From Escherichia coli (GTDB taxonomy: Bacteria; Pseudomonadota; Gammaproteobacteria; Enterobacterales; Enterobacteriaceae): DNA of 64,000 bases. Under the pieces are notes generated by a model. That model made no database searches. It saw nothing but the letters and a program-made list of their open reading frames with translations, and was not told where the DNA came from. The position numbers and the translations under genes are program-made. Position 1 is the stretch's first letter. Each line of letters opens with the position of its first letter. This document shows positions 1 to 10,233 of the stretch, one piece after another. The stretch is taken from NCBI RefSeq assembly GCF_041886205.1, contig NZ_CP169029.1; one strand, written 5' to 3'.

Positions 1-698
1 CGCGCCTGGCAAGCGCGTTGCACATACGGGTTATGATTGCCCTGCACCTTCGCGATGCGTTCATCGCGCTCGCACTCCCAGTCGGTAACCGGATACATCT
101 TGTTCCATGCGTTGAACAGCTGCGTTTGCTGGCGAGAGAGTGTCAGGTTGTATTGGTCGCGCATATAGAAGTAGGTGCGCGCAATGGCACCGCGTGCACG
201 CGCTGGTGGTTCGGCAGCTTTTTCTTTGAAATCGACCTTCATGGCGCATTGACCGTACTGGCCTTCACCGCCATTCCACTGGCTGTACATAAAGTTGCCG
301 CGATCGCCATTCACCTCACCGACTGACGGCTGCAGGTTATGCATATCGCTTTCCATCTTGCGATAGACCGGATCTTTAGCGCAGTTTTTACGTCCACCGT
401 CCTGCCAGCACTGGCGCTGGTGACCGAACTGCCAGGCGGGAACGACATGTTCCCACTCTACGCGGCTGGCGCGGTTTTCATTTTTGCGCACCTGATAGCC
501 GCACGATTGCAGATCAACAACGCCTTTTTTGCCCTGCCAGTTAATTTTACATCCGCAATAAAACGTACCGGGCGCGTCAGCGTGGACTTTTACCGCCGCG
601 GCTTTCGCCTGAGAAAAACTATTGATACCTTCGGCCAACGCCGGGCCGGAAAATGCTGCGCTCAGTACCACCGCAGCAATAGACAAATAACGGTACAT
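1..698 (-). CDS. endA: DNA-specific endonuclease I, 3'-truncated by window edge (last few codons and stop missing)
   Basis: Reverse complement of 661-698 reads ATG TAC CGT TAT TTG = [13 protein letters not shown], the EndA signal peptide; reverse complement of window start reads ...VQRACQAR, the EndA C-terminus. No stop in window, so absent from ORF track. Confidence 0.9.
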
Positions 699-792
699 CA
701 CTTACTCCGTGTTAAAACGAGCCAGCAACGTAGCGAAAGTTGTTTTGGTATGCAATCAGCCAGATCAGGAAAGTTCCTGATAGTTCAGATGG

Positions 793-1290
793 TTATTTCG
801 CAACCAGCTGTTCACCGCAGTGAACACAGCGATAGACGGCCTCGCCACGAACTACGCGATTATGGCGGCGTACGGTAAGCTGATGCTCCTGGCACTTGCA
901 GCGGTAGGGGAAGGTGTTGCGACGCACGGATTGCAGTTCGAACTGATGCGTACGACGGGCGGGAACACCCAGCACGTTTTCCATCATCCACTTCCACTCT
1001 TTGCCATGTGGCGCTACGCGGCCGAAATGTTTCCATACCAGCAAATGTGCCAGTTCGTGCGGCACCACTTCTTCAATAAAGGCTTCACTGTTTTCCAACA
1101 GCAAAACGGGATTGAGGCGAATTTCATAGCTTTCCAGCCAGGCTGTTCCGGCGGAGGTTCCGCGCTGGGTGTAAGAGAGTTTTGGCTCCGGGTAGTTACG
1201 CCCTAGCTTCAGGTTGGCCTGGGCGAGTTTTTCCCGCAGGCGACGCATAACGGCCTGTTGGATGGCGATAGGGAGACGGGATGTTTTCAT
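793..1290 (-). CDS. sprT: SprT-family zinc metalloprotease-like protein (YggI), 165 aa
   Basis: ORF track 793..1290 minus, ATG start at 1288-1290 (rc); HExxH motif ([11 protein letters not shown]) and C-terminal Cys pairs; position between endA and galP. Confidence 0.92.
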   Translation of the reverse strand: MKTSRLPIAIQQAVMRRLREKLAQANLKLGRNYPEPKLSYTQRGTSAGTAWLESYEIRLNPVLLLENSEAFIEEVVPHELAHLLVWKHFGRVAPHGKEWKWMMENVLGVPARRTHQFELQSVRRNTFPYRCKCQEHQLTVRRHNRVVRGEAVYRCVHCGEQLVAK

Positions 1291-1366
1291 AGCGGCAGAG
1301 GATAGAGCGAAGAAAAGATGACTGCAAGAGGTGGCTTCCTCCGCGATGGGAGGAAGCTTGGGGAGA

Positions 1367-2761
1367 TTAATCGTGAGCGCCTATTTCGCGCAGTTTACGA
1401 CCTTTCATCAGATTACGTTCAATATGTTCCAGCGAAACGTGTTTGGTTTCCGGTACCAGCCACAATGTCAGCAGGATAAACAGTACGTTCAGAGCCGCAT
1501 ACACCCAGAAGGTGTTGGCGTTACCCAGCGTGTTGAGCATGGTCAGGAACGTTGCGCCAACGATCATGTTGGCAATCCAGTTGGTGGCAGTGGAGCAGGT
1601 GATGCCAAAATCGCGGCCTTTCAGCGGCTGAATTTCGGAGCACAGTACCCAAATCAGCGGACCGGCACTCATGGCAAAACCGACAATAAACATCAGCAGC
1701 ATGGCGATGGCGAAATACTGCGCCGACGGAGAGTGAATACCGATATGCATCATTGTACCGAGTACGCCCATGCCAGCAGCCATCACCAGGAAGCCCAGCG
1801 TTAGCGTTGGTTTACGTCCCCAGCGGTCAACAAGGCCGATTGCGATAAAGGTGGCAAGTACGTTGGTCAGGCCGACAATCACGGTCCCCCACATTTGCTC
1901 GGTAGTGTTGGTATAACCCGCCAGTTCGAAGATTTTCGGCGCGTAATACATGATGACGTTCATCCCGGTGAATTGCTGCATTACCTGCAACAGTACGCCA
2001 AGGAACACCGCGCGGCGGAAGTTGCTGTTCTCTTTAAACAGCGCCCAGCCACTCTGTTTAACCTGCAAACTTTCACGGATTTCATCCAGTTCGCGTTTCG
2101 CTTCCGCGCTGGTGTCACGCAGGCGTAGCAGCACGCGTTCGGCATCAACAAAACGGCGTTTGGCGGCAAACCAACGTGGGCTGTCTGGCAGGAAGAAGAC
2201 ACCAATCAGCAGCAAAATTGCCGGGATGATAATCACACCCAGCATCCAGCGCCATGCACCGGTGTAGCTGAAGGCTGTATCAGAAAGATAAGCACCGAGG
2301 ATCCCGATAGTGATCATCAACTGATACATCGAGATCATACTGCCACGAATTTTTTCCGGCGCAATTTCAGAGAGGTACAGCGGTGCGGTATAAGAGGCCA
2401 CACCCACCGCCAGCCCCAGTAGAACGCGGGAAAGAATCAGTACTTCAACGTTTGGCGCAGCCGCAGAGAACAGCGAACCGGCAACAAACAAAATTGCGCC
2501 GATCATCAGGCTCTTTTTGCGCCCGAGTTTAAAGGAGAGCCAGCCGCTGCCCACCGCACCGACTGCCGCACCGAACATCATGGAGCTTACGACCCATTCT
2601 TGCGTGTGCGAAGTAATCTGGAATTCATCTGCAATAAACGGCAGTGCGCCAGCAATTACACCGATATCCAGGCCAAAGAGTAATCCCGCCAGAGCGGCAA
2701 GGAAGCAGACGAAAAACGTCATTGCCTTGTTTGACCGCCCCTGTTTTTTAGCGTCAGGCAT
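1367..2761 (-). CDS. galP: Galactose:H+ symporter, MFS sugar porter, 464 aa
   Basis: ORF track 1367..2773 begins at a TTG; true ATG is 4 codons in (rc of 2759-2761) giving [38 protein letters not shown], the GalP N-terminus; 12-TM sugar porter signatures. Confidence 0.95.
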   Translation of the reverse strand: MPDAKKQGRSNKAMTFFVCFLAALAGLLFGLDIGVIAGALPFIADEFQITSHTQEWVVSSMMFGAAVGAVGSGWLSFKLGRKKSLMIGAILFVAGSLFSAAAPNVEVLILSRVLLGLAVGVASYTAPLYLSEIAPEKIRGSMISMYQLMITIGILGAYLSDTAFSYTGAWRWMLGVIIIPAILLLIGVFFLPDSPRWFAAKRRFVDAERVLLRLRDTSAEAKRELDEIRESLQVKQSGWALFKENSNFRRAVFLGVLLQVMQQFTGMNVIMYYAPKIFELAGYTNTTEQMWGTVIVGLTNVLATFIAIGLVDRWGRKPTLTLGFLVMAAGMGVLGTMMHIGIHSPSAQYFAIAMLLMFIVGFAMSAGPLIWVLCSEIQPLKGRDFGITCSTATNWIANMIVGATFLTMLNTLGNANTFWVYAALNVLFILLTLWLVPETKHVSLEHIERNLMKGRKLREIGAHD

Positions 2762-2824
2762 GATGCCCTCCAATATGGTTATTTTTTATTGTGAATTAAG
2801 ATAGGTGAGTACGACGTAAAAAGA

Positions 2825-2840
2825 TGTGAAGCAAATCACA
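2825..2840. promoter_or_regulatory. CRP binding site upstream of galP (TGTGA-N6-TCACA)
   Basis: Sequence tgtgaagcaaatcaca is a perfect match to both CRP half-sites, 64-80 bp upstream of the galP ATG. Confidence 0.6.
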
Positions 2841-2843
2841 TCA

Positions 2844-2859
2844 GTGTAATCGCTTACAC
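2844..2859. promoter_or_regulatory. GalR/GalS-type operator upstream of galP
   Basis: gtgtaatcgcttacac is a 16-bp near-palindrome matching the gal operator pattern GTGnAAnCGnTTnCAC, immediately adjacent to the CRP site. Confidence 0.6.
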
Positions 2860-3139
2860 TAACATTTATCTTAGTTATGGTTTAAGTGCATGAAAATAAT
2901 TGAGTTATATCATCATAGATTAAACGCTGTTATCTGCAATTAAGACTTTACTGAAAAGAAATGTAACAACTGTGAAAACTGAATAATAATATGAAAATAT
3001 TACAAATATTTGGCTGGTGTTATTGGTGTAATCGGTTTCAGTAGTGATGATAATTTGCGATAAAACGTGTTGAGGAAGAATGATGTTATTGTGCGGGCAG
3101 CTTTTTGCCGGATGCGGCGTGAATGCCTATCCACCGCGG

Positions 3140-3177
3140 TGAGGTAAAAGAAAAAGGCCAGCGCGAGGCTGGCCTTT
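3140..3177 (-). terminator. Rho-independent terminator downstream of metK
   Basis: On the minus strand: GC stem aggccagc/gctggcct followed by a U-rich tract (ttttcttttacc), directly after the metK stop at 3197. Confidence 0.7.
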
Positions 3178-3196
3178 GAAAGCAGGTGAAGAAAGA

Positions 3197-4351
3197 TTAC
3201 TTCAGACCGGCAGCATCGCGCAGCAGCTGCGCTTTGTCGGTTTTTTCCCACGGGAAATGTTCACGACCAAAGTGACCGTATGCTGCGGTTTCTTTGTAGA
3301 TCGGGTGCAGCAGATCCAGCATCTGAATCAGACCGTATGGGCGCAGGTCGAAGAACTCACGTACCAGCAGAGTCAGTTGTTCAGAAGGCACTTTCTCAGT
3401 ACCGAAAGTTTCTACCATGATGGAGGTCGGTTCAGCCACGCCGATTGCGTAGGAAACCTGAATTTCACAACGATCGGCCAGGCCAGCAGCAACGATGTTT
3501 TTCGCGACATAACGTGCTGCGTAGGCTGCGGAACGGTCCACTTTTGATGGATCTTTACCAGAGAATGCTCCGCCACCGTGACGTGCCATGCCGCCGTAGG
3601 TATCAACGATAATTTTACGACCAGTCAGACCGCAGTCACCCATCGGGCCACCGATAACAAAACGACCGGTCGGGTTGATGAAGAATTTGGTGGCAGAAGT
3701 CAGCCATTCAGCGGGCAGAATCGGCTTGATGATCTCTTCCATTACCGCTTCTTGCAACGATTTCTGGTCGATCTCTTCAGAGTGCTGAGTGGAAAGCACG
3801 ACAGCATCGATACCAACGATTTTGCCGTCGTCATACTGAAAAGTCACCTGGCTTTTCGCGTCCGGGCGCAGCCACGGCAGAGTGCCGTTTTTACGCACTT
3901 CAGCCTGACGCTGTACCAGACGGTGTGCATAGGTGATAGGTGCTGGCATCAGCACGTCGGTTTCATTAGTTGCGTAGCCAAACATCAGACCCTGGTCACC
4001 CGCGCCCTGTTCCAGCGGATCGGCACGGTCAACGCCCTGGTTGATGTCAGGAGACTGTTTGCCGATAGCGCTCAGAACCGCACAGGAGTTAGCGTCAAAG
4101 CCCATGTCGGAATGCACATAGCCAATTTCGCGAACGGTGTTACGGGTGATCTCTTCGATGTCTACCCAGGCGCTGGTGGTGATTTCGCCGCCAACTAAAA
4201 CCATGCCGGTTTTTACGTAGGTTTCGCAAGCAACGCGTGCTTTCGGATCCTGTTCGAGGATCGCGTCTAAAACGGCATCAGAAATTTGGTCAGCAATTTT
4301 GTCAGGATGCCCTTCAGAGACGGACTCGGACGTAAAAAGGTGTTTTGCCAT
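3197..4351 (-). CDS. metK: S-adenosylmethionine synthetase, 384 aa
   Basis: ORF track 3197..4363; true start is the ATG at rc 4349-4351 giving [32 protein letters not shown]; GHPDK and [12 protein letters not shown] motifs present. Confidence 0.97.
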
Positions 4352-4406
4352 ATTTAATATCACCTAAAGAGAATTTGGTTAGCTCAAACTGTTGTGTGGA
4401 TTTTCT

Positions 4407-4658
4407 GTGGTAGCGGATCCTACCACGACTCTGCAGGTTAAAAACACTGGCAGTCTGAGTGTTAATCGGTATGGATGGATTAACATCTGGATGGCTATTT
4501 TAGGTCAATTCTTCACCCTATTTCCACTTTTTTTTGAATCGTGTCTCATTCTGTTAAAAACGTGGCTGGAAATTTTTCCTGACAATGCCGGCATTCTGCG
4601 TATTTATCTTTTGCAATTTTCTGCCATTGTGGGGTATAAAACGCGGCGCGCGGCTTAA
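4407..4658 (+). CDS. Small hypothetical protein (83 aa from GTG), possibly corresponds to yqgD; may not be expressed
   Basis: ORF track 4392..4658 (88 aa from TTG); GTG at 4407 gives 83 aa. Hydrophobic, no recognizable domain. Assignment is by position and length only. Confidence 0.3.
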
Positions 4659-4870
4659 ATAAAAAGCACACGACGTTTCTTTCGTGTTGCCACTTCCAGC
4701 CGGGTTGAAATCAGAGTTTTGGCTTGTGGGTTCGTCTTAACAGGCGGCCGTGGAGGTGATACGAAATAATGAACCGTTGTCTGCTGCTTAACCTGTCTCA
4801 CCGTTCTGGTGAAGATTCGTTCCCCGCACTCTGCATCTCTGCTTTGCATACCTGCCGATGTTATACCCAT
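4655..4870 (-). CDS. Small hypothetical protein (71 aa), possibly corresponds to yqgC
   Basis: ORF track 4655..4870 minus, ATG start; 71 aa, basic, no domain recognized; lies in the metK-speA divergent intergenic region. Confidence 0.3.
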
Positions 4871-5005
4871 CTCGGCGCTTCTCAGGATTCAAGAGCTGGT
4901 TACAGTTACTGAGGACTGAACAAGGGCGCTCTTGTAAAAACAAGAGTTTTCTCGTGGTTTCGCCGAACTGTCACACTTACGTTCGGTTATGTGCTTAATA
5001 ATGTT

Positions 5006-5137
5006 ATGAAAAAGAAACCGGTTGCGCAGTTGGAGCGTCAGCATTCACTGCTGGAAAATCCATGTGCTTATGGGTTGTTATCGCAGTTCCAGGCTGCGAT
5101 AGTCGTTAACTGTTTTACACTTAATAAAATAATTTGA
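5006..5137 (+). CDS. yqgB: Small leader ORF upstream of speA (43 aa), YqgB-like
   Basis: ATG at 5006 translates to [43 protein letters not shown], stop TGA at 5135-5137, 8 bp before the speA ATG; below the ORF-track size cut-off. Confidence 0.5.
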
Positions 5138-5145
5138 GGTTCGCT

Positions 5146-7122
5146 ATGTCTGACGACATGTCTATGGGTTTGCCTTCGTCAGCGGGCGAACACGGTGTAC
5201 TACGCTCCATGCAGGAGGTTGCAATGAGCTCCCAGGAAGCCAGCAAGATGCTGCGTACTTACAATATTGCCTGGTGGGGCAATAACTACTATGACGTTAA
5301 CGAGCTGGGCCACATCAGCGTGTGCCCGGACCCGGACGTCCCGGAAGCTCGCGTCGATCTCGCGCAGTTAGTGAAAACTCGTGAAGCACAGGGTCAGCGT
5401 CTGCCTGCACTGTTCTGTTTCCCACAGATCCTGCAGCACCGTTTGCGTTCCATTAACGCCGCGTTCAAACGTGCGAGGGAATCCTACGGCTATAACGGCG
5501 ATTACTTCCTTGTTTATCCGATCAAAGTTAACCAGCACCGCCGCGTGATTGAGTCCCTGATTCATTCGGGCGAACCGCTGGGTCTGGAAGCCGGTTCCAA
5601 AGCCGAGTTGATGGCAGTACTGGCACATGCTGGCATGACCCGTAGCGTCATCGTCTGCAACGGTTATAAAGACCGCGAATATATCCGCCTGGCATTAATT
5701 GGCGAGAAGATGGGGCACAAGGTCTATCTGGTCATTGAGAAGATGTCAGAAATCGCCATTGTGCTGGATGAAGCAGAACGTCTGAATGTCGTTCCTCGTC
5801 TGGGCGTGCGTGCACGTCTGGCTTCGCAGGGCTCGGGTAAATGGCAGTCCTCCGGCGGGGAAAAATCGAAGTTCGGCCTGGCTGCGACTCAGGTACTGCA
5901 ACTGGTTGAAACCCTGCGTGAAGCCGGGCGTCTCGACAGCCTGCAACTACTGCACTTCCACCTCGGTTCGCAGATGGCGAATATTCGCGATATCGCCACG
6001 GGCGTTCGTGAATCTGCGCGTTTCTATGTGGAACTGCACAAGCTGGGCGTCAATATTCAGTGCTTCGACGTCGGCGGCGGTCTGGGCGTGGACTATGAAG
6101 GCACCCGTTCGCAGTCCGACTGCTCCGTAAACTATGGCCTCAATGAATACGCCAACAACATCATCTGGGCGATTGGCGATGCGTGTGAAGAAAATGGTCT
6201 GCCGCATCCGACGGTAATCACCGAATCGGGCCGTGCGGTGACTGCGCACCATACCGTGCTGGTGTCGAATATCATCGGCGTGGAACGTAACGAATATACG
6301 GTGCCGACCGCGCCCGCAGAAGATGCGCCGCGCGCGCTGCAAAGCATGTGGGAAACCTGGCAGGAAATGCACGAACCGGGAACTCGCCGTTCTCTGCGTG
6401 AATGGTTACACGACAGCCAGATGGATCTGCACGACATTCATATCGGCTACTCTTCCGGCACCTTTAGCCTGCAAGAACGTGCATGGGCAGAACAACTCTA
6501 TCTGAGCATGTGCCATGAAGTGCAAAAGCAGCTGGATCCGCAAAACCGTGCGCATCGTCCGATAATCGACGAACTGCAGGAACGTATGGCGGACAAAATG
6601 TACGTCAATTTCTCGCTGTTCCAGTCAATGCCGGATGCATGGGGGATCGACCAGTTGTTCCCGGTTCTGCCGCTGGAAGGGCTGGATCAAGTGCCGGAAC
6701 GTCGCGCAGTGCTGCTGGATATTACCTGTGACTCTGACGGTGCTATCGACCACTATATTGATGGTGATGGTATTGCCACGACAATGCCAATGCCGGAGTA
6801 CGATCCAGAGAATCCGCCGATGCTCGGTTTCTTTATGGTCGGCGCATATCAGGAGATCCTTGGCAATATGCACAACCTGTTCGGTGATACCGAAGCGGTT
6901 GACGTGTTCGTGTTCCCTGACGGTAGCGTAGAAGTAGAACTGTCTGACGAAGGCGATACCGTGGCGGACATGCTGCAATATGTACAGCTCGATCCGAAAA
7001 CGCTGTTAACCCAGTTCCGCGATCAAGTGAAGAAAACCGATCTTGATGCTGAACTGCAACAACAGTTCCTTGAAGAGTTCGAGGCAGGTTTGTACGGTTA
7101 TACCTATCTTGAAGATGAATAA
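5146..7122 (+). CDS. speA: Biosynthetic arginine decarboxylase (PLP-dependent), 658 aa
   Basis: ORF track 5134..7122 starts at a TTG; ATG at 5146 gives [56 protein letters not shown], the SpeA N-terminus; length matches 658 aa. Confidence 0.97.
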
Positions 7123-7138
7123 TTAAGATTATTCCGCT

Positions 7139-7180
7139 GGCGGGTCGATTTATTTACGTAAATCGGCCCGCTTTCTTTTT
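7139..7180 (+). terminator. Rho-independent terminator downstream of speA
   Basis: Imperfect hairpin gcgggtcgattta...taaatcggcccgc followed by tttcttttt, 17 bp after the speA stop. Confidence 0.6.
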
Positions 7181-7267
7181 ATATATTCTTAAAAATAATC
7201 TCGCTGCTTTTCTTATTAAATAATCTCCCTACAATCGCTGCATTAATTAAATGCAGAGGGAACGGTT

Positions 7268-7999
7268 ATGAAAAAATGGAAAGTACGTAGCGCGTTGGTG
7301 GCATTAATCGTGCTGCTGGCCGGTTGTTCCAGTAATGCGCAGTATAATAGCAGTGCATCGGGCAATGTCGGCACTGCCTGGGGTGGGGATGTGCACTCAA
7401 CGGTTCAGGGCGTATCTGCTGAGCGAGCCTGGCGCGATCCGGCAGAGATGATCGTTATTAGTTATTCGACTAATGTTCCTTCCGGCTACGACCGCGTTTA
7501 TAGCATTCGTATTAACGAACTGGAATATGCTATTCGCGATGGTAATTTTAATTCTCTACCTATTACGCGGATTTATGATTCATCCAATAATGAACCACGC
7601 TATATTGTCCATGCCAGAGTCGGAATGAATTATCAATTATATGTCCGTAATTACAGTCGTAACACCAACTACGAGATCGTTGCTACGGTTGATGGCATGG
7701 ATGTGCTGAACGGCAAGCAAGGTTCGCTGAATAACAACGGCTATATTGTGAATGCCGGAGATTCGTTAGCGATTAAAGGATTCCGCAAAGATAAACATAC
7801 CGAAGCGGCTTTTCAGTTCGCCAACGTTGCTGATTCCTACGCAGCCAATTCGGCGCAAGGCGATGTGCGTAATACCGGTGTAATCGGCTTTGCCGCCTTT
7901 GAATTACAAGGCCCGGCGCAAAACGCGCTGCCGCCGTGCTCTGGACAAGCCTTTCCGGCAGATAACAATGGCTATGCGCCGCCACCGTGTCGGAAATAG
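7268..7999 (+). CDS. Predicted lipoprotein of unknown function, 243 aa (accessory gene between speA and speB)
   Basis: ATG at 7268 preceded by RBS agaggga; N-terminus MKKWKVRSALVALIVLLAGCSS has a signal peptide with lipobox LAG-C; mature part rich in N/S/Y/G; two Cys near the C-terminus (PPCSGQAFPADNNGYAPPPC). No family recognized by eye. Confidence 0.75.
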   Translation: MKKWKVRSALVALIVLLAGCSSNAQYNSSASGNVGTAWGGDVHSTVQGVSAERAWRDPAEMIVISYSTNVPSGYDRVYSIRINELEYAIRDGNFNSLPITRIYDSSNNEPRYIVHARVGMNYQLYVRNYSRNTNYEIVATVDGMDVLNGKQGSLNNNGYIVNAGDSLAIKGFRKDKHTEAAFQFANVADSYAANSAQGDVRNTGVIGFAAFELQGPAQNALPPCSGQAFPADNNGYAPPPCRK

Positions 8000-8065
8000 C
8001 AACCTCGCTTGATGCCTCGCCCATTTAAGGCGATAATTAGCACAAACTTGTGTTTCGCAAATCCA

Positions 8066-8107
8066 ACCCTTCCTCGTCGGGCCTAACGACGCGGAAGGGT
8101 TTTTTTA
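8066..8107 (+). terminator. Rho-independent terminator downstream of the lipoprotein gene, upstream of speB
   Basis: Hairpin cccttcctcgtcg / cgacgcggaaggg followed by ttttttta. Confidence 0.65.
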
Positions 8108-8134
8108 TATCGACTTTGTAATAGGAGTCCATCC

Positions 8135-9055
8135 ATGAGCACCTTAGGTCATCAATACGATAACTCACTGGTTTCCAATGCCTTTGGTTTTTTACGCCTG
8201 CCGATGAACTTCCAGCCGTATGACAGCGATGCCGACTGGGTGATCACCGGCGTGCCGTTCGACATGGCCACCTCTGGCCGTGCCGGTGGTCGTCACGGTC
8301 CGGCAGCGATCCGTCAGGTTTCGACGAATCTGGCCTGGGAACACAACCGCTTCCCGTGGAATTTCGACATGCGTGAGCGCCTGAACGTCGTGGACTGCGG
8401 TGATCTGGTATATGCCTTCGGCGATGCCCGTGAGATGAGCGAAAAACTGCAGGCACACGCCGAGAAGTTGCTGGCTGCCGGTAAGCGTATGCTCTCTTTC
8501 GGTGGTGACCACTTTGTTACGCTGCCGCTGCTGCGTGCTCATGCTAAGCATTTCGGCAAAATGGCGCTGGTACACTTCGACGCCCACACCGATACCTACG
8601 CGAACGGTTGTGAATTTGACCACGGCACCATGTTCTATACCGCGCCGAAAGAAGGTCTGATCGACCCGAATCATTCCGTGCAGATTGGTATTCGTACCGA
8701 GTTTGATAAAGACAACGGCTTTACCGTGCTGGACGCCTGTCAGGTGAACGATCGCAGCGTGGATGACGTTATCGCCCAGGTGAAACAGATTGTGGGTGAT
8801 ATGCCGGTTTACCTGACTTTTGATATCGACTGCCTGGATCCTGCTTTTGCACCAGGCACCGGTACGCCAGTGATTGGCGGCCTGACCTCCGATCGCGCTA
8901 TTAAACTGGTACGCGGCCTGAAAGATCTCAACATCGTTGGGATGGACGTAGTGGAAGTGGCTCCGGCATACGATCAGTCGGAAATCACCGCTCTGGCAGC
9001 AGCGACGCTGGCGCTGGAGATGCTGTATATTCAGGCGGCGAAAAAGGGCGAGTAA
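8135..9055 (+). CDS. speB: Agmatinase (agmatine ureohydrolase), 306 aa
   Basis: ORF track 8135..9055; [26 protein letters not shown]...; arginase-family Mn-binding motifs ([18 protein letters not shown]). Confidence 0.97.
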   Translation: MSTLGHQYDNSLVSNAFGFLRLPMNFQPYDSDADWVITGVPFDMATSGRAGGRHGPAAIRQVSTNLAWEHNRFPWNFDMRERLNVVDCGDLVYAFGDAREMSEKLQAHAEKLLAAGKRMLSFGGDHFVTLPLLRAHAKHFGKMALVHFDAHTDTYANGCEFDHGTMFYTAPKEGLIDPNHSVQIGIRTEFDKDNGFTVLDACQVNDRSVDDVIAQVKQIVGDMPVYLTFDIDCLDPAFAPGTGTPVIGGLTSDRAIKLVRGLKDLNIVGMDVVEVAPAYDQSEITALAAATLALEMLYIQAAKKGE

Positions 9056-9061
9056 GCACCA

Positions 9062-9182
9062 GATGCGATGCCACCCGTAGGCCGGATAAGATGCAGTCAG
9101 CATCGCATCCGGCAATGCGCACAGGGTAACAAATGTGCCATTGATGTCAGATGCGGCGTGAACGCCTTATCTGACCTACGTT
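9062..9182. repeat. REP/BIME palindromic unit cluster
   Basis: Contains gtaggccggataag...gcatcgcatccggca and gatgcggcgtgaacgccttatctgacctacg, matching the REP consensus (GCCGGATGCGGCGTGAACGCCTTATCCGGCCTAC-like), between convergent speB and loiP. Confidence 0.7.
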
Positions 9183-9197
9183 CGACACCACCAGGCT

Positions 9198-9956
9198 TTA
9201 CTTAATCCCATCCGCGCTCATGCGATCGCGAATATGCTGGGCGCGTTCGGCGGATGCCGGATGGTCGTCAAACATTGAGCTTTGACGGCCTTCTTCCAGC
9301 TTCGCCAGTTTTTCAAAGCTGGTGGCAAGACCTGCCGGGCTGATGCCGCGTTGGCGCAGAAGATCGTAAGAATAATCATCGGCTTCTGCTTCCTGGCGCT
9401 GGGAGAATTGCGAATTGACTAATTTCTCGCCCAGATCACCAAGTTGTGATTGAGATAAACTGCCGACAATCCCGCCCGCAGAGGCCGCAGCTACTCGCAC
9501 GGCATTTGTACCAAGTGCCACCTGCATCCCTTTCTTCACATGACCTAACGCCACATGGCCCATTTCATGGCCGATTACCGCTTCAACTTCGTTGTCGGTC
9601 ATCATATCCATCAGGCCGCTATAGACGCGGATGCAGCCGTTCGCCATCGCAAAGGCGTTCACATCTTTCGCTATATACACTTTGTAATTTACCGGCTGAC
9701 CGTTGATATTGTTGCCTAGCGCATTGGCAATAGTTGTCAGACGTTTAGCGTATTCGCTATTGGCTGGCGCAATCGTCGCCTTGCTGTCCATCTCCTGACA
9801 TGCCTGATCGCTCAGGGTTTTCACCTGCGCATCACTCAAACTGTAAGCCTGAAAAGCTTCCGCTCCTGATGAGAGCAGTCCGTTGGAGTCCATATTCTGG
9901 CAACCAGTCAGTACCGTTGCCACGCTCATTGCTACCAATAAGGCGCGAATTTTCAT
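9198..9956 (-). CDS. loiP: M48-family outer-membrane metalloprotease lipoprotein LoiP (YggG), 252 aa
   Basis: ORF track 9198..10175 over-extends upstream; the ATG at rc 9954-9956 gives MKIRALLVAMSVATVLTGCQN (lipobox) and HEMGH zinc motif. Confidence 0.93.
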   Translation of the reverse strand: MKIRALLVAMSVATVLTGCQNMDSNGLLSSGAEAFQAYSLSDAQVKTLSDQACQEMDSKATIAPANSEYAKRLTTIANALGNNINGQPVNYKVYIAKDVNAFAMANGCIRVYSGLMDMMTDNEVEAVIGHEMGHVALGHVKKGMQVALGTNAVRVAAASAGGIVGSLSQSQLGDLGEKLVNSQFSQRQEAEADDYSYDLLRQRGISPAGLATSFEKLAKLEEGRQSSMFDDHPASAERAQHIRDRMSADGIK

Positions 9957-10233
9957 GTTTTCTCTTCCGCACAAGGTCAGGATTATTCTAAAAATGCGCC
10001 GTTTGCAGGTGAATCGACGCTCAGTCTCAGTATAAGGAAAAGCGCAGCGGACGGGCGAGTAGATTGCGCAACATGCGAGCATGATCCAGAGATTTCTGAA
10101 GCGGCAAAAGGATGTTCCATGTACATGACGCGCGGCTTGCGGTAAATTGTTGGCAAATTTTCCGGCGTAGCCCAAAACGCGCTGTCGTCAAGTCGTTAAG
10201 GGTGTGCCCTTCATCATCCGATCTGGAGTCAAA

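Noticed and set aside
339-878. 179-aa plus-strand ORF at the window start
   Set aside because: Antisense to endA and the endA-sprT junction; endA is clearly identified on the minus strand by its N- and C-terminal sequences.
3000-3251. 83-aa minus-strand ORF overlapping the metK 3' end
   Set aside because: Overlaps the metK stop and terminator hairpin; Cys/Arg-rich with no domain. The plus-strand ORF at 4407-4658 is a better positional candidate for the small yqgD-like ORF, though that too is low confidence.
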